From assembly GCF_009914755.1 (NCBI RefSeq), contig NC_060934.1: a stretch of DNA of 64,000 nucleotides. One strand, 5' to 3'. Position 1 is the stretch's first letter; every line of letters starts with the position of its first letter. Made by a program: the position numbers and the translations under genes. Source of the DNA: the human T2T-CHM13v2.0 reference genome, Homo sapiens. The notes under the pieces are model-generated. The model was not told the DNA's origin, did no database searches, and was given only the letters and a program-made list of their open reading frames with translations. Positions 46,101 to 59,720 of this stretch are shown piece after piece.

Positions 46101-49100
46101 ATAAGAATGGAAAGGAATGGAATAGAATGGAATGGAATGGAATGGAATGGAAAGGAATGGATTCGAAGGGAATGGAATGAAATGGACTCGAATGCAATGG
46201 AATGGACTAGAATGGAAGGGCATGTAATGTAATAGAATGGACCCTAATGGAATGGAATCTAATGGAATGGAATCGAATGGAATTGAATGGAATGGAATTG
46301 ACTCGATTGCAATGGAACACAATGGAATGGACTCGAATGGAATGGAATGGAATGGAATTGACTAGAAAGGAATTGAAAGGAATGGACACGAATGGAATAG
46401 AATGTGATGGACTCAAATGGAATGGTGTTGAATGGAATGGACTTTAATGGAATGGAGTGTTATGGACTCGAATGGATTGGAATTGAATGGACTCTTCTGG
46501 AATGGAATGGATTGGAATGAAATGGACTAGAATGGAATGGACTGGAATGGAACGGATCAGAATGAACTGGAATGGAATGGAACGAACTCGAATGGAATGG
46601 AATGGAATGGAATGGAATGAAATGAAATGGAATAGAATGTACTGCAATGGAATGGAGTGGAATGGAACAGACTCCAATGGATTGGAATGGAATGGATTCG
46701 AATTGAATAGAAAGGATTGGAAAGGAATGGACTTGAATGGAATGGAATGGAATGGCATAGAATCTAAAGGAGTGGACTGGAATGGACAAGAATGTAACGG
46801 CGTGGAATCAAATGGAATGGAGTTGAATGGAATGGACCCGAATGTATGTCATGGAATCAAATGGAATCGACTCGAACAGAATGGAATGGAATGGAATGGA
46901 CTGGGATGGAATGGAATGGAATGGAATGGAATGGTATGGAAGGAAAAGGAATGGAATGGAATAGACTGAAACGGAATGGAATGGAATTGAATGGACTCAC
47001 AAGGAATGGAATTGAATGGAATTCAATGGAATGGAATGGACTCGAAAGGAATGGAATTCAATGGAATGCAAAGGCATTCAATGGAATGGAATGGAATGGA
47101 ATGGAAGGGAATGGATTGGACTCGAATGGAATGGAGTGGAATGGGCTCGAATGGAAAGAAATAGAATGGACTCGAATGGAATGGAACGGGATGGAACAGA
47201 TTCACATGTAATAGAAGAGAATGGACTCGCATGGACTGGCGTGGAATGGAATGGATTGGAATCGAATGGAGTGCAATGGAAACGAATAGAAAGGAATGGA
47301 AATGAATGGACTCGCATGGAATGGAATGTAACAGAATGGAATGTACTCGAATGGAATGGAAGGCAATGGAATGAAATTTATTCCAATGGACAGGAATGGA
47401 ATAGAATGGAATGGAAGGGAATGGAATGGAATAGAATCGAATGGAATAGAAAGGAATGGAATGGAATGGAATGAAATGTAATGGACTGGACATAAAATAG
47501 AATAGAATGGAATGGAATGGAAAGGACTAGAAGGGAATGGAATGGAATGGAGACGAATGGAATGGAATGTACTCGAAAGGAAGGGGATGGAATGTAATAT
47601 AATGGACTCTAATGGGAGGGAATCTAATGGAATTGAATGGACTTGAATGGAATGGAATGGAATGGACTCGAATGGAATGGAATGCAATCGAATGGACTCA
47701 AATGGAATGGAATGCAATTGAGTAGAAAATAATTGAATGGCATGGACTAGAATGTAATAGAATGTAATGGACTCCAGTGGAAAGTTGTCGAATGGAATGG
47801 ACTCATATGGAATGGAGTGGAATGGACTAGAATGAAATGGAATTGAATGGACTCGATTGGAATGGAAGATATTCTAATGAAGTGGACTGGAATGGAATGG
47901 AATTGAGTGATCTCGATTGGAATGGAATAGATTCTAAGAAATGGACTAGAATGGAATGGAATGGAATGGACCAGAACCGAATGAGTTGGAATGGAATGGA
48001 ATGTAATTGAAAGGAATGGAATGGAATGTCCTCAAAAGGAATTGAATGGAATGGAATGGATTCAAATGGAATGGAATGGAATGGACTCGAATGGAATAGA
48101 AAGAATGGAAAGGAATACACTTGAACAGAATGGAATGGAATGGCATAGACTCGAATGGAATGGACCGGAATGTAATGTCATGGAATCAAATGGAATGGAC
48201 TCGAATGGAATGGAATGGAATTGACTCGAATGAAATTGAATGGAATGGACTTGAGTGGAATAGAATGGAAAGGACTCGAAAGGAATGGTGTGGAATGGAG
48301 GGGATGCGAATGGAATGGAGTGGATTGGACTCGAATGGAATGGAATTGAATGGACTCGATTGGAATGGAATACAATGGAATGAAATGGATTCGAAAGGAA
48401 TGGAGTGGAATGGAATGGTCACGGATGGAATGGAATGGAATGGAAAGGACTCGAATGGAATACAACGGAATTTAATCGAATGGACTCTAATGTAACGGAA
48501 TGTTGTGGACTCCAATGGAATAAAATGGACTATACATGAATGGAATGGACTCAAAGGGAATGCAATGGAATGGAACGGATCCAAAGGTAATGGAATGGAA
48601 TGGACTCGAATGGAATGGAATGGACTCGTATGGAATGGAAAGGAATGGAATGGATTCAAATGTAATCGAATGGATTGGACTCGAATGGAATCGAATGGGA
48701 TGCACTCGAATGAAATGGAATGGAATGGAATGGAATGGACTCAAATGTAATAGAATGGAATGTACTGGAATGGAATGGAAGGTAATGGAAAGGAATGGAA
48801 TCAAACGGAATGGAATGGAAAGAATAGAATTGACTGGAATGGAATGGAATGAAATGGGATGGAACTGTCTTGAGTGGAATAGAATGGAATGGAATGGTAT
48901 GAAATCAAAGGGAATGGAATGGAATGGTCTCGAATGGAATGGAATGGACTCGAATGGAAGGGAATGGAATTTAATAGAATGGACCCAATGGGATGGAATC
49001 TAATGGAGTGAAATGGAATGGACTCGAATGGAATGCAATGGATTGGAATCAAATGCTATGGAATGCAATGGAATGGACTGGAATGGAATGGCATAGAATT

Positions 49101-52100
49101 GACTTGAATGGAATTGAATGGAATGGACACGAATGGAACAGAATGGGATGGACTCCAATGGAATGGTGTGGAACGTAATGGACACGAATGGAATGGAGTG
49201 GAATAGACTCAAATGGAATGGAACTGAAGGGACATGATTTGCATGGAATGTAGTGGAATAAATTGGACTCGAATGGAATGGAATGGAATCGAATGGTCTC
49301 GGATGGAATGGAATGGAATGGAATGGAATGGTTTGGAATGGACAGAAATGGAAGGGAATGGATAGGACCAGAAAGGAATGGAATGGAATGCAACGGACTC
49401 GAATGGAATGAAATGGAATGGAACCTATTCGAATGGAATGGAATGGAATGGTCACGAATGGAATGAAATGGAATGGAAAGGACTCAATTGGAATGGAATG
49501 GAATGGAATGGACTCGAATGAAATACAACAGAATTGAATGAAATGGACTCTAATGGAATGTAATGTTGTGGACTTGAATGGAATAAAATGGACTTTACTC
49601 AAATGGAATGGAATGAAATTGAATGGACTCGAAATGAATGGAATGGAATGGATGCGAATGGAATGGAATGGAATTGAATCGACTCGAAGGGATTGGAATG
49701 CAAAGCAATGGAATGGACTCGAATGGATTGGAATGGAATTGACTCGAATGGAATTGAATGGATTGGACCTGAATGGCATGGAATGGAATGCAATGGAATG
49801 GAATCAAATGGAATGGAATGGAATCGAATCGAATGGAATGGTATGGATTCGAATGGAATGGAATGCAATGGACTCGAATGAAATGTGTTGGAATGGAATG
49901 GACTCGAATGGAAAGGAATGGAATGTAACCAAATGGTATAGAATGGAATGGAACGGACTCGAATGAAATGGAATGGAATGGACTCGAATGGAATGGAATA
50001 GGATGGAACAGATTCAAATGTAATAGAAGAGAATGGACTCTAATGGAATGGAGAGAAATGGAATGGACTCGAATGGAATGGAGTGCATTGGAAACGAATA
50101 GATGGAATGGAAATGAATGGACTCGAATGGAATTGAATGTAACGGAATGGAATATACTCGAATGGAATGGAAGGTATTGGAATGTAATTTATGCGAATGG
50201 AAAGGAATGGAATGGAATGAAATGGAATGGAATCGAATGGCATTGATTGGCATGGAATAGAATGGAATGGAATGGAATGGAATGGAGTGGAATCGACTGG
50301 AATGGAATGGAATGAAATGGAATAGAATGGACTTGAATGAAATAGAATGGAATGGAATGGAATGGAATGGAAAGGAATGGATTAGAAGGGAATGGAATGA
50401 AATGGACTCGAATGGAATGGAATGGACTAGATTGGAAGGGCATGTAATGTAATACAATGGACCCTAATGGAATGGAATCTAATGGAATGGAATCGAATGG
50501 AATTGAATGGAATGGAATTGACTCAATTGCAATGGAACAGAATGGAATGGACTCGAATGGAATGGAATGGAATGGAATTGACTAGAAAGGAATTGAAAGG
50601 AATGGACACGAATGGAATAGAATGTGATGGACTCGAATGGAATGGTGTTGAATGGAATGGACTTTAATGGAATGGAGTGTTATGGACTCGAATGGATTGG
50701 AATTGAATGGACTCTTCTGGAATGGAATGGATTGGAATGAAATGGACTAGAATGGAATGGAATGGAATGGAACGGAAGAGAATGAACTGGAATGGAATGG
50801 AACGGACTCGAATGGAATGGAATGGAATGGAATGAAATGGAATAGAATGTACTGCAATGGAATGGAGAGGAATGGAACAGACTCCAATGGATTGGAATGG
50901 AATGGATTCGAATTGAATAGAAAGGAATGGACTTGAATGGAATGGAATGGAATGGCATAGAATCCAAAGGAGTGGACTGGAATGGACAAGAATGTAACGG
51001 CGTGGAATAAAATTTAATGGAGTTGAATGGAATGGACCCGAATGTATGTCATGGAATCAAATGGAATCGACTCGAACAGAATGGAATGGAATGGAATGGA
51101 CTGGGATAGAATGGAATGGAACGGAATGGTATGGAAGGAAAAGGAATGGAATGGAATGGACTCAAACGGAATGGAATGGAATTGAATGGACTCAAAAGGA
51201 ATGGAATTGAATGGAATTCAATGGAATGGAATGGACTCGAAAGGAATGGAATTGAATGGAATGCAAAGGCATTCAATGGAATGGAATGGAATGGAAGGGA
51301 ATGGATTGGACTCGAATGGAATGGAGTGGAATGGGCTCGAATGGAAAGAAATAGAATGGACTCAAATGGAATGGAACGGGATGGAACAGATTCACATGTA
51401 ATAGAAGAGAATGGACTCGCATAGACTGGCGTGGAATGGAATAGATTGGAATGGAATGGAGTGCAATGGAAACGAATAGAAAGGAATGGAAATGAATGGA
51501 CTCGCATGGAATGGAATGTAACAGAATGGAATGTACTCGAATGGAATGGAAGGCAATGGAATGAAATTTATTCGAATGGAAAGGAATGGAATAGAATGGA
51601 ATGGAAGGGAATGGAATGGAATGGAATGGAATAGAATAGAATGGAATAGAAAGGAATGGAATGGAATGAAATGTAATGGACTGAACTTAAAATGGAATAG
51701 AATGAAATGGAGTGGATAGGAATAGAAGGGAATGGAATGGACACGAATGGAATGGAATGGACTCGAAAGGAAGGGGATGGAATGTAAAAGTATGGACTCT
51801 AATGGAAGGGAATCTAATGGAATTGAATGGACTTGAATGGAATGGAATGGAATGGACTCGAATGGAATGGAATGCAATTGAATGGACTCAAATGGAATGG
51901 AATGCAATTGAGTAGAAAATAATTGAATGGCATGGACTAGAATGTAATAGAATGTAATGGACTCCAGTGGAAAGTTGTCGAATGGAATGGACTCATATGG
52001 AATGGAGTGGAATGGACTAGAATGGAATGGAATTGAATGGACTCGATTGGAATGGAAGATATTCTAATGAAGTGGACTCGAATGGAATGGAATTGAGTGA

Positions 52101-54725
52101 TCTCGATTGGAATGGAATAGATTCTAAGAAATGGACTAGAATGGTATGGACCAGAACCGAATGAGTTGGAATGGAATGGAATGTAATTGAAAGGAATGGA
52201 ATGGAATGGAATGGATTGTCCTCAAAAGGAATTGAATGGAATGGAACGGATTCGAATGGAATGGAATGGAATGTACTCGAATGGAATAGAAAGAATGGAA
52301 AGGAATAGACTTGAACAGAATGGAATGGAATGGCATAGACTCGAATGGAATGGACCCGAATGTAATGTCATGGAATCAAATGGAATGGACTCGAATGGAA
52401 TGGAATGGAATTGACTCGAATGAAATTGAATGGAATGGACTTGAGTGCAATAGAATGGAAAGGACTCGAAAGGAATGGTGTGGAATGGAGGGGATGTGAA
52501 TGGAATGGAGTGGATTGGACTCGATTGGAATGGAATTGAATGGACTCGATTGGAATGGAATACAATGGAATGAAATGGATTCGAAAGGAATGGACTGGAA
52601 TGGAATGGTCACGGATGGAATGAAATGGAATGGAAAGGACTCGAATGAAATACAACGGAATTTAATCGAATGGACTCTAATGTAACGGAATGTTGTGGAC
52701 TCCAATGGAATAAAAAGGACTATACACGAATGGAATGGACTCGAAGGGAATGGAATGGAATGCAACGGATCCAAAGGTAATAGAATGGAATGGACTCGAA
52801 TGGAATGGAATGGACTCGGATGGAATTGAAAGGAATGGAATGGATTCAAATGTAATAGAATGGATTGGACTCTAATGGAATCGAATGGGATGCACTCGAA
52901 TGGAATGGAATGGAATGGACTCAAATGTAATAGAATGGAATGTATTGGAAAGGAATGGAAGGTAATGGAAAGGAATGGAATGAAACGGAATGGAATGGAA
53001 AGGAATAGAATGGACTGTAATGGAATGGAATGAAATGGAATGGAACTGTCTTGAATGGTATAGAATGGAATGGAATGGTATGAAATCAAAGGGAATGGAA
53101 TGGAATGGTCTCAAATGGAATGGAATGGACTTGAATGGAAGGGAATGGAATTTAATAGAATGGACCCAATGGGATGGAATCTAATGGAGTGGAATGGAAT
53201 GGACTCGAATGGAATGGAATGGATTGGAATCAAATGCTATGGAATGCAATGGAATGGACTGGAATGGAATGGCATAGAATTGACTTGAATGGAATTGAAT
53301 GGAATGGACACGAATGGAACAGAATGGGATGGACTCCAATGGAATGGTGTGGAACGGAATGGACACGAATGGAATGGAGTGGAATAGACTCAAATGGAAT
53401 GGAACTGAAGGGACATGATTTGTATGGAATGTAGTGGAATAAATTGGACTCGAATGGAATGGAATGGAATCGAATGGTCTCAGATGGAATGGAATGGAAT
53501 GGTTTGGAATGGACAGAAATGGAAGGGAATGGATAGGACCAGAAAGGAATGGAATGGAATGCAACGGACTCGAATGGAATGAAATGGAATGGAACCTATT
53601 CGAATGGAATGGAATGGAATGGTCACGAATGGAATGAAATGGAATGGAAAGGACTCAAATGGAATGGAATGGAATGGAATGGACTCGAATGAAATACAAC
53701 AGAATTGAATGAAATGGACTCTAATGGAATGTAATGTTGTGGACTTGAATGGAATAAAATGGACTTTACTCAAATGGAATGGAATGAAATTGAATGGACT
53801 CGAAATGAATGGAATGGAATGGATGCGAATGGAATGGAATGGAATGGAATTGAATCGACTCGAAGGGATTGGAATGCAAAGCAATGGAATGGACTCGAAT
53901 GGATTGGAATGGAATTGACTCGAATGGAATTGAATGGATTGGACCTGAATGGCATGGAATGGAATGCAATGGAATGGAATCAAATGGAATGGAATTTAAT
54001 CGAATCGAATGGAATGGTATGGATTCGAATGGAATGGAATGCAATGGACTCGAATGAAACGTGTTGGAATGGAATGGACTCGAATGGAAAGGAATGGAAT
54101 GCAACCAAATGGTATAGAATGGAATGGAATGGACTCGAATGAAATGGAATGGAATGGACTCGAATGGAATGGAATAGGATGGAACAGATTCAAATGTAAT
54201 AGAAGAGAATGGACTGCAATGGAATGGAGAGAAATGGAATGGACTCGAATGGAATGGAGTGCATGGGAAACGAATAGATGGAAAGGAAATGAATGGACTC
54301 GAATAGAATTGAATGTAACGGAATGGAATGTACTCGAATGGAATGAAGGTAATGGAATGTAATTTATGCGAATGGAAAGGACTGGAATGGAATGAAATGG
54401 AATGGAATCGAATGGCATTGAATGGCATGGAATAGAATGTAATGGAATGGAATGGAGTGGAATCGACTGGAATGGAATGGAATGAAATGGAATAGAATGG
54501 ACTTGAATGAAATAATGGAATGGAATGGAATGGAATGGAATGGAAAGGAATGGATTCAGAGGGAATGGAATGAAATGGACTCGAATGGAATGGAATGGAC
54601 TAGATTGGAATGGCATGTAATGTAACACAATGGACACTAATGGAATGGAATCTAATGAAATGGAATGGAATGGAATGGAATGGAATGGAATGGAATGGAC
54701 TCGATTGCAATGGAACAGAATGGAA

Positions 54726-54885
54726 TGGGCTCGAATGGAATGGAATGGAATGGAATTGCCTAGAAAGGAATTGAAAGGAATGGACACGAATGGAATAGAA
54801 TGTGATGGGCTCGAATGGAATGTAATGGAATGGAATTGCCTAGAAAGGAATTGAAAGGAATGGACACGAATGGAATAGAATGTGA
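54726..54885 (+). repeat. 80-bp tandem duplication
   Basis: The string gggctcgaatgg...aattgcctagaaaggaattgaaaggaatggacacgaatggaatagaatgtgat occurs twice, 80 bp apart. Both copies carry the private gggctc and attgcc variants. Confidence 0.88.
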
Positions 54886-57800
54886 TGGACTCGAATGGAA
54901 TGGTGTTGAATGGAATGGAGTGTTATGGACTCGAATGGATTGGAATTGAATGGACTCTTCTGGAATGGAATGGATTGGAATGAAATGGACTAGAATGGAA
55001 TGGAATGGAATGGAACGGAACAGAATGAACTGGAATGGAATGGAACGGACTCGAATGGAATGGAATGGAATGGAATGGAATGAAATGGAATAGAATGTAC
55101 TGAAATGGAATGGGGTGGAATGGAACAGACTCCAATGGATTGGAATGGAATGGATTCGAATTGAATAGAAAGGAATGGAACGGAATGGACTTGAATGGAA
55201 TGGAATGGAATGGCATAGAATCCAAAGGAGTGGACTGGAATGGACAAGAATGTAACGGCGTGGAATCAAACGGAATGGAGTTGAATGGAATGGACCCGAA
55301 TGTATGTCACGGAATCAAATGGAATCGACTCGAACAGAATGGAATGGAACGGAATGGACTGGGATGGAATGGAATGGAACGGAATGGTATGGAAGGAAAA
55401 GGAATGGAATGGAATGGACTCAAACGGAATGGAATGGAATTGAATGGACTCAAAAGGAATGGAATTGAATGGAATTCAATGGAATGGAATGGACTCGAAA
55501 GGAATGGAATTCAATGGAATGCAAAGGCATTCAATGGAATGGAATGGAAGGGAATGGATTGGACTCGAATGGAATGGAGTGGAATGGGCTCGAATGGAAA
55601 GAAATAGAATGGACTCGAATGGAATGGAAGGGGATGGAAGAGATTCACATGTAATAGAAGAGAATAGACTCGCATAGACTGGCGTGGAATGGAATGGATT
55701 GGAATGGAATGGAGTGCAATGGAAACGAATAGAAAGGAATGGAAATGAATGGACTCGCATGGAATGGAATGTAACAGAATGGAATGTACTCGAATGGAAT
55801 GGAAGGTATTGGAATGAAATTTATTCGAGTGGAAAGGAATGGAATAGAACGGAATGGAAGGGAATGGAATGGAATGGAATGGAATAGAATAGAATGGAAT
55901 AGAAAGGAATGGAATGGAATGGAATGAAATGTAATTGACTGAACTTAAAATGGAATAGAATGGAATGGAATGGATAGGACTAGAAGGGAATGGAATGGAA
56001 TGGACACGAATGGAATGGAATGGAATCGAAAGGAAGGAGATGGAATGTAAAAGAATGGACTCTAATGGAACGGAATCTAATGGAATTGAATGGACTTGAA
56101 TGGAATGGAATGGAATGCAATTGAATGGACTCAAATGGAATGGAATGCAATTGAGTAGAAAATAATTGAATGGCATGGACTAGAATGTAATAGAATGTAA
56201 TGGACTCCAGTGGAAAGTTGTCAAATGGAAAGCACTCATATGGAATGGAGTGGAATGGACTAGAATGGAATGGAATTGAATGGACTCGATTGGAATGGAA
56301 GATATTCTAATGAAGTGGACTCGAATGGAATGGAATTGAGTGATCTCGATTGGAATGGAATAGATTCTAAGAAATGGACTACAATGGTATGGACCAGAAC
56401 CGAATGAGTTGGAATGGAATGGAATTGACTCGAATGGAATAGAAAGAATGGAAAGGAATAGACTTGAACAGAATGGAATGGAATGGCATAGACTCGAATG
56501 GAATGGACCCGAATGTAATGTCATGGAATCAAATGGAATGGACTCGAATGGAATGGAATGGACTTGACTCGAATGAAATTGAATGGAATGGACTTGAGTG
56601 GAATAGAATGGAAAGGACTCGAAAGGAATGGTGTGGAATGGAAGGGATTCGAATGGAATGGAGTGGATTGGACTCGAATGGAATGGAATTGAATGGACTC
56701 GATTGGAATGGAATACAATGGAATGAAATGGATTCGAAAGGAATGGACTGGAATGGAATGGTCACGGATGGAATGGAATGGAATGGAAAGGACTCGAATG
56801 AAATACAACGGAATTTAATCGAATGGACTCTAATGTAACGGAATGTTGTGGACTCCAATGGAATAAAATGGACTATACAGGAATGGAATGGACTCGAAGG
56901 GAATGGAATGGAATGCAACGGATCCAAAGGTAATAGAATGGAATGGACTCGAATCGAATGGAATGCACTCAAATGAAATGGAATGGAATGGAATGGATTC
57001 AAATGTAATAGAATGGAATGTACTCGAATGGAATGGAAGGTAATGGAAAGGAATGGAATCAAATGGAATGGAATGCAATGGAATGCAAAGGAATAGAATG
57101 GACTGGAATGGAATGGAATGAAATGGGATGGAACTGTCTTGAATGGAATAGAATGGAATGGAATGGTATGAAATCAAAGAGAATGGAATGGAATGGTCTC
57201 GAATGGAATGGAATGGACTCGAATGGAAGGGAATGGAATTTAATAGAATGGACCCAATGGGATGGAATCTAATGGAGTGGAATGGAATGGACTCGAATGG
57301 AATGGAATGGATTGGAATCAAATGCTATGGAATGCAATGCAATGGACTGGAATGGAATGGCATAGAATTGACTTGAATGGAATTGAATGGAATGGACACG
57401 AATGGAACAGAATGGGATGGACTCCAATGGAATGGTGTGGAACGGAATGGACACGAATGGAATGGAGTGGAATAGACTCAAATGGAATGGAACTGAAGGG
57501 ACATGATTTGTATGGAATGTAGTGGAATAAATTGGACTGGAATGGAATGGAATGGAATCGAATGGTCTCGGATGGAATGGAATGGAATGGAATGGAATGG
57601 TTTGGAATGGACAGAAATGGAAGGGAATGGATAGGACCAGAAAGGAATGGAAGGGAATGCAATGGACTAGAATGGAATGAAATGGAATGGAACCTATTCG
57701 AATGGAATGGAATGGTCACGAATGGAATGAAGTGGAATGGAAAGGACTCAAATGGAATGGAATGGAATGGAATGGACTCGAATGAAATACAACAGAATTG

Positions 57801-58564
57801 AATGAAATGAACTCTAATGGAATGTAATGTTGTGGACTTGAATGGAATAAAATGGACTTTACTCAAATGGAATGGAATGAAATTGAATGGACTCGAACTG
57901 AATGGAATGGAATGGATGCGAATGGAATGAAATGGAATTGAATCGACTCGAAGGGATTGGAATGCAAAGCAATGGAATGGACTCGAATGGATTGGAATGG
58001 AATTGACTCGAATGGAATTGAATGGATTGGACCTGAATGGCATGGAATGGAATGCAATGGAATGGAATCAAATGGAATGGAATGGAATCGAATCGAATGG
58101 AATGGTATGGATTCGAATGGAATGGAATGCAATGGACTCGAATGAAATGGGTTGGAATGGAATGGACTCGAATGGAAAGGAATGGAATGTAACCAAATGG
58201 TATAGAATGGAATGGAATGGACTCGAATGAAATGGAATGGAATGGACTCGAATGGAATGGAATAGGATGGAACAGATTCAAATACAATAGAAGAGAATGG
58301 ACTCTAATGGAATGGAGAGAAATGGAATGGACTCGAATGGAATGGAGTGCATTGGAAATGAATAGATGGAATGGAAATGAATGGACTCGAATGGAATTGA
58401 ATGTAACGGAATGGAATGTACTCAAATGGAATGGAAGGTAATGGAATGTAATTTATGCGAATGGAAAGGAATGGAATGGAATGAAATGGAATGGAATCGA
58501 ATGGCATTGAATGGCATGGAATAGAATGGAATGGAATGGAATGGAATGCAGTGGAATCGACTGG

Positions 58565-59720
58565 AATGGAATGGAATGAAATGGAATAGAATGGACGTGA
58601 ATGAAATAATGGAATGGAATGGAATGGAATGGAATGGAATGGAAAGGAATGGATTCGGAAGGAAAGGAATGAAATGGACTCGAATGGAATGGAATGGACT
58701 AGATTGGAAGGGCATGTAATGTAATACAATGGACCCTAAGGGAATGGAATCTAATGTAATGGAATCGAATGGAATTGAATGGAATGGAATTGACTCGATT
58801 GCAATGGAACAGAATGGAATGGACTCGAATGGAATGGAATTGAATGGAATTGACTAGAAAGGAATTGAAAGGAATGGACACGAATGGAATAGAATGTGAT
58901 GGACTCGAATTGAATGGTGTTGAATGGAATGGACTTTAATGGAATGGAGTGTTATGGACTCGAATGGATTGGAATTGAATGGACTCTTCTGGAATGGAAT
59001 GGATTGGAATGAAATGGACTAGAATGGAATGGAACGGAATGGAACGGAACAGAATGAACTGGAATGGAATGGAACGGACTCGAATGGAATGGAATGGAAT
59101 GGAATGGAATGGAATGGAATGAAATGGAATGGAATGGAATGAAATGGAATAGAATGGACTTGAATGAAATAATGGAATGGAATGGAATGGAATGGATTGG
59201 AATGGAATGTAATGGAATGGAATGGAATGGAGAGGAATGGATTCGGAGGGAATGGAATGAAATGGACTCGAATGGAATGGAATGGACTAGATTGGAAGGG
59301 CATGTAATGTAATACAATGGACCCTAATGGAATGGAATCTAATGGAATGGAATCGAATGGAATTGAATGGAATGGAATTGACTCGATTGCAATGGAACAG
59401 AATGGAATGGACTCGAATGGAATGGAATGGAATGGAATTGACTAGAAAGGAATTGAAAGGAATGGACACGAATGGAATAGAATGTGATGGACTCGAATGG
59501 AATGGTGTTGAATGGAATGGACTTTAATGGAATGGAGTGTTATGGAATCGAATGGATTGGAATTGAATGGACTCTTCTGGAATGGAATGGATTGGAATGA
59601 AATGGACTAGAATGGAATGGAATGGAACGGAACAGAATGAACTCGAATGGAATGGAACGGACTCTAATGGAATGGAATGGAACGGAATGGAATGGAATGG
59701 AATGAAATGGAATAGAATGT
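58565..59720 (+). repeat. ~588-bp tandem duplication within the 4,726-bp unit
   Basis: ORFs at 58699/59287 and 58952/59540 are offset by 588. The strings actagattggaagggcatgt and gactcttctgg each occur twice (the latter at ~58982 and ~59570). Confidence 0.85.

Larger units (their letters stand above)
25100..53481 (+). repeat. Near-identical tandem super-repeat, period 13,272 bp (~2.1 copies)
   Basis: Dozens of ORFs repeat with identical translations at an offset of exactly 13272 (e.g. 25832/39104/52376, 29168/42440, 30922/44194, 35728/49000). The register breaks at 53482 (gtctcagatgg vs gtctcggatgg at 40210, plus a 10-bp indel). The left edge is gradual, with more mismatches at 25100-25700. 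Confidence 0.95.
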
